Positions 59,845-64,000 of a stretch of DNA of 64,000 bases are shown one piece after another. Origin of the DNA: Elsinoe ampelina. Its lineage: Eukaryota. The notes beneath the pieces are model-generated. The model made no database searches. It was given only the letters and a program-made list of their open reading frames with translations, and was not told where the DNA came from. The stretch spans positions 1,344,711 to 1,408,710 of the forward strand of contig ML992502.1 of assembly GCA_010093995.1 (NCBI GenBank), in the 5' to 3' direction. The stretch's first letter is position 1. The number at the start of each line of letters is the position of its first letter. Made by a program: the position numbers and the translations under genes.

Positions 59845-60130
59845 GAATTGTGTGGCGAAGGAAAGAGAGGTCTAGCACACCATTGAAGATCAATTGCGAC
59901 TGTGATCTCGGTTTGTAAGCTCTGATTCCTCCAATCGATGGCAAGGCGCAAAGCTGCAATGACGCGAAGCGGGGCACATGTTGATTGCCCCGCACTGGAA
60001 AGTCAATTCGGATCTCAGCGTGCCGGCTGGACCTCGATGATCAAAGAGCTTGATTGCCTATCTATATCCGACTGGGTATCATGCGTGAGCAGGTCGTATA
60101 CTTTTCCTGCGTTGAGAGATGTTGCCTCCA

Positions 60131-62091
60131 CTACACCTTTCTGCCGTCCTCGACAGTCTCCTTGTCCAGACTGAGCTGCTCAACGCGCTCCGTGACAGCA
60201 TCACCACCACTCTCATCCCAAGTTTGCAACTCTTCTTCAACATATGAGCCTCCATCATCTCCACCCATCGTCTCTTCTCCTGCGTCCACCGGACCGTCCA
60301 GGCTCGCCATGGTAGCATATCCATATTCCTTGATTTTCTTCTGCCTCTTGTACCAGTCCTTTGGCAGCACTGCGTCCTGACCCTTCTCGTAGTACCCATT
60401 CGCCACGACTTCATAGTATGAAGGGTTGACACCTCGTATGCTATCAATCCATGTGCACCCGATGTTGTTCTCGCACACCGTGACAAGCATCTTCATGCCC
60501 ACAAAGCAGTATTGCAAGGCAAGGACGTCAACCCAGAAGGTGTAGGTCGTGCTATTCTTCTTGTCTAGGCCCTTCATCATATCGTCTAGGCGGCGACAGT
60601 GCATTTTTCCAAGTGCGCGAAAATGTTTGTTCAGCTTCTTCTCTTCTTCGAATCGGTCCTGAAGAGTCTCATCCGGCATATTGATGGCGGAGACCACCAG
60701 CGGGATCTCTTCCCGGAAGGTCGTCTCGAGAACTTCTGGCATTCTCTTGATCAATCGGCGATGCTCATCATCACCAAGGATGATCACCGCTGCGGCGACG
60801 AACATTTCTGCATCCGATCGTTTCATCCCCTGCGCTTGTCCCTCCACGTACCAGATGTCCTCTTCTTTGTCATCGCGAACAAGAGAAGCGCAGGTGCCAC
60901 CGGAGATGGCAGAACAGGCGCGATTGTAGTCGCATGGCAACCAAGAGCTGAGGCTGAGAGCATTCTGTAACTCTTCGTTGGCGATCTTGCAGATTCTCAT
61001 AGCCTCCCGGATCTGTCCGTCATATTCCGGGCAGACATCATTCTGGATGATCCATCTGTAGAAATTTGTCATGACATTAGTAAAGTTGGTGACGTTCCCT
61101 GGGTGACCACCGGTGTGGTTGAGGAGTGTCTCCGTGGACAGAAAACCGCGTGCAACTCCTGCAAAGTCGACCTCCCACTTGTCGGAGTGTTCCACGTGAC
61201 CAGCAACTCGGTGAGTGGCAAGTGCAGAAGCGATCTCCTCGGCGTCCATGCTTTCCACATCCTCCTTGCTAATTCTGCCAGTGAACTGCTTGGGTCCGCT
61301 GTCGATGCCACCATAGCTCATCCAGAGATCAAAGATGCGGCGTGTGTCGGTATGAAACTTTCTGCGACCAGAATAGCGCTGGATAGCGGCTTCGATCCGG
61401 GCTGAGAAGACATTGTCGGGGTCATACAGCTGCAGATTCTCTTCGTATTGTTCGGGTGTGATTGGTGCATCCGCGAAGTACTCCTCGAAACCGGTCTCCT
61501 TGAGCATACCTTTTGTCAGCCATGGTTGATCCGGATTGACGACAAAAGGGCCTGCGGAGCTAGCATTGGTTGCGGTCTTGGGCTGCTTGACCTTCGGCCC
61601 TTTCTGCAGAGCGGGAGCATTCTTGCCAGGTATCTTTTCTGGCTCAACCTTTGGCTCAATGGACAGAGGAACGCGGCGGCGAATGTGCTTCTTGTCAGTG
61701 AATTCGATGAAAGTGCTCTTTTTCAAGGCTTCCGCCACGATACTCTTGGGTTTGTACCCTCGCATGCGGCCGAAGCCAGTGATTCTTCCTAGGTTCACTG
61801 GCCAATTCTCCGAGCCTCCAGTGAGACCAAGCATGTGAGCATCATTGGGTAGATTTTTATCTGAGAAGTAGTACTCGACCTGCGATGAAGGAGTCAGTGG
61901 ATGAAATGATAGGTGAGTGTGTGACTGACTTGACGAATAATCTCCCGCTCAACATCCGTGCGGTCATCTTCTTGTGAATCACGGGGGCTGATAGAGCCAT
62001 CCGTAGCTTGAGTATTCGCTGGTGGCATTTCCGGAGGATCTGAGGTGGGTGGCTTCGGTGCGGAATCGTGTTGAGCGGTTGTCGAAGTCAT
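60131..62091 (-). CDS. Argonaute siRNA chaperone subunit Arb1-like protein with N-terminal La-motif HTH; one intron approx. 61929-61880
   Basis: La motif IIRQ|VEYYFSDKNLPND.HML...ITGFGRMR; Arb1-like TGFEEYFADAPITPEQY...YDP...RIEAAIQRY..RRK, GGIDSGPKQFTG, WEVDFAGVARGF, DVCPEY. Confidence 0.82.
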
Positions 62092-63039
62092 GTCTGCAAT
62101 TCTCGTGGCAGGCGAGCTTGATTGTCTTGTCAGTTGGAATGGAAGTCAGCAAACTCACGAAGAATGGAGCTACCAAGGGAAGGCACTCGACGGTGTTTTA
62201 GGAGAGAAGTGACGACAAACGCGCAAGGATTTAAATGTCCTTCATCGGCTTGTTTGCTGCCTGACGCGAAAAGCTCTCGCATGTGCTACAAGAAGCCTGC
62301 AAGGGGCATCACTTCAAGGTGAGCATTATACTTATGAGCTCGACAGCTGTTGTATGTGGCCACAAATTCTGATAGTTGTAGTTGAAGGTGAACAATGTTC
62401 TAAAGTCACAATGTGAACCAGGTCCGTGGGCCAGATCGGGAAGGTCAAGCCATGACGAAACAGAGCCGCAACAGGTGCCATGTGGCGGTGGTTGTTCGTC
62501 TTCCATGCAGACGCTGACACGTGTATGATCTACATGGCTTGCAGGCAAGATTTTGGGCCGCCCGACCATGCCTCGTCATTGCATCTTGATCATTACAACA
62601 TTCACTCGAAGGATGAGACCAATAATGAAGTCCTTGCCGCCGACATGTGAAGAAGACCGAGCCGTGGTTACAGTCGCACATCACGGTTTCAACCAAAATT
62701 GAGTGGAACCTCTGACGAAGTTCCTGCATTAGTGCCCTACGACAGCCTGTCTGGGCAAAAGATCCCCCGCGTTTGAGGTTGTGTGACAGGACGAGAGGCT
62801 CAGAGGCCTAGAGGTGCCCTGCGGAAACGCGTTCGTTCACGGGAGGGGAAAAAAGGCACACGGCTCGCCATGGCCAACTACTCCTAATATCCTTGCCGTC
62901 ATTTCGTCGACACCAGGAATCGCTTATCAGCTTGTCCCGTTCCCTCAATCTTGCTGCCCATCTCCATCATCCAAATCAACCCCTTGATGGCATTGCGAAC
63001 CGCACACGACCACTTCCCATTCCTATACCATTCGTGACA

Positions 63040-64000
63040 ATGACCTCGAAGCAATTTACAAAGACCAAGCTCACCGCTTTTGGTGATGCTGCAGCTGGCC
63101 AGTGAGCGTTTGCAATTATCATACATGATCACACATAGAAGCTAATAATAATTCCAGTGATGGTGTCTTGACCGATGAATCTGGTGGAGTCGTGGTCAAG
63201 CCATGCACCCCGGCTGAATTAGCATTCTACGAGGAGACGAATGCTCGCCATCCTGACTTTGCCGCCTTGATCCCAACATTTATGGGCACACTTCAGCTAG
63301 GCAAAAGTGAGCAGCTCGAACAGACCATCGCTGCTACCTCTTCTGGTCGTCCTTCATCGATCGTTCTGCCACCTTCGACCGATATCACCAGTGCTGCACG
63401 GAACGTGGATCTTGCGCCGAACACGGTCGCCTTAAGAGGCAAAGCGCTTGACACAGAAATTGGAATTGTTCTCCAGAACGTCGCCGCCGGATTCGTCAAG
63501 CCCAATATTCTGGATGTCAAACTTGGGAAGAGGTTATGGGACGATGATGCCCCCGAAGCTAAGCGTCAGAAGCTCGACAAGGTCGCCGAGGAGACGACAA
63601 GTGGATCTATGGGCTTCCGTGTGGCAGGCATGAAGGTATGGACGGGGAATGACTACAAGACCTATGATAAATTCTATGGACGACAGCTGAAACCCGACAA
63701 TGTGAAGCAAGCCTTCGAGGAGTTCTTTGACCACGCAGGCGACAATGGTGACAATGAATCCTTCGAGGATGTTTATCCTGGAGCAGTCGAGGCCGTCGAA
63801 GAAGTGGAGAGGGTCATCAGTGGCCAGGAAAGTCGCATGTACTCTGCCAGCCTTCTGTTCGTCTACGAAGGTGACCGAGCTGCTCGCCGCAATGCCATAC
63901 AATCTGTCAAGAAGGCTCAGGGGATTTCGAATGCTGGTGGCAGCCAGGTAGACAGCGCTCACGCCGCAGAAGACCTGCACGATGAGGATGATGATGGTGA
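63040..64000 (+). CDS. ARG82: Inositol polyphosphate multikinase (Arg82/Ipk2), partial; intron approx. 63102-63157
   Basis: AAAGH|DGV, KPC..AELAFYE, PNILDVKLG (PxxxDxKxG), GFRVAGM, SASLLFVYEGD. Runs off the window. Confidence 0.88.

Noticed and set aside
1..64000. tRNA, rRNA or telomeric repeats
   Set aside because: None recognised by eye; tRNAscan-SE or Infernal would be needed to exclude them.

Overview
Gene-dense eukaryotic DNA from a filamentous ascomycete. Short GT-AG introns with CTRAC branch points and RIP-mutated repeats support this; a Dothideomycete affinity is only my impression. About 23 protein-coding genes are present. Most are conserved housekeeping genes: ERF4, DUF2423, SIZ1/PIAS, ERG3, GH72 Gas/Gel, FIG4, BMT5, FYV10, Pac2-type WOPR, Derlin, DUF89, TRS33, MDH, HapE/NF-YC, DRG2, MBOAT, LSC1, ELP3, JEN1, ZTA1, La-Arb1 and a partial IPK. 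Accessory content is a full-length RIP-inactivated Ty1/Copia element (11832-17161, 260-bp LTRs, ATGTC target-site duplication), an inverted related LTR at the left edge, an orphan secreted Pro/Ser-rich protein, a stand-alone RNI-like LRR protein with a divergent GFA gene, and a PNP-NACHT-ankyrin NLR. Structure not shown by the ORF track: (1) an H/ACA snoRNA with an snR43-like guide pocket in the Derlin intron; (2) tandem 3' splice sites that can add a cryptic PTS1 (-PKL) to malate dehydrogenase; (3) an open alternative C-terminus inside a DUF2423 intron; (4) an edge-to-centre RIP gradient across the LTRs; (5) two LTR insertions each about 230 bp upstream of a start codon; (6) recurrent sharp C/A-rich to G/T-rich skew switches independent of gene orientation. 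All calls come from reading the sequence by eye; no searches were run, and exon boundaries are manual.
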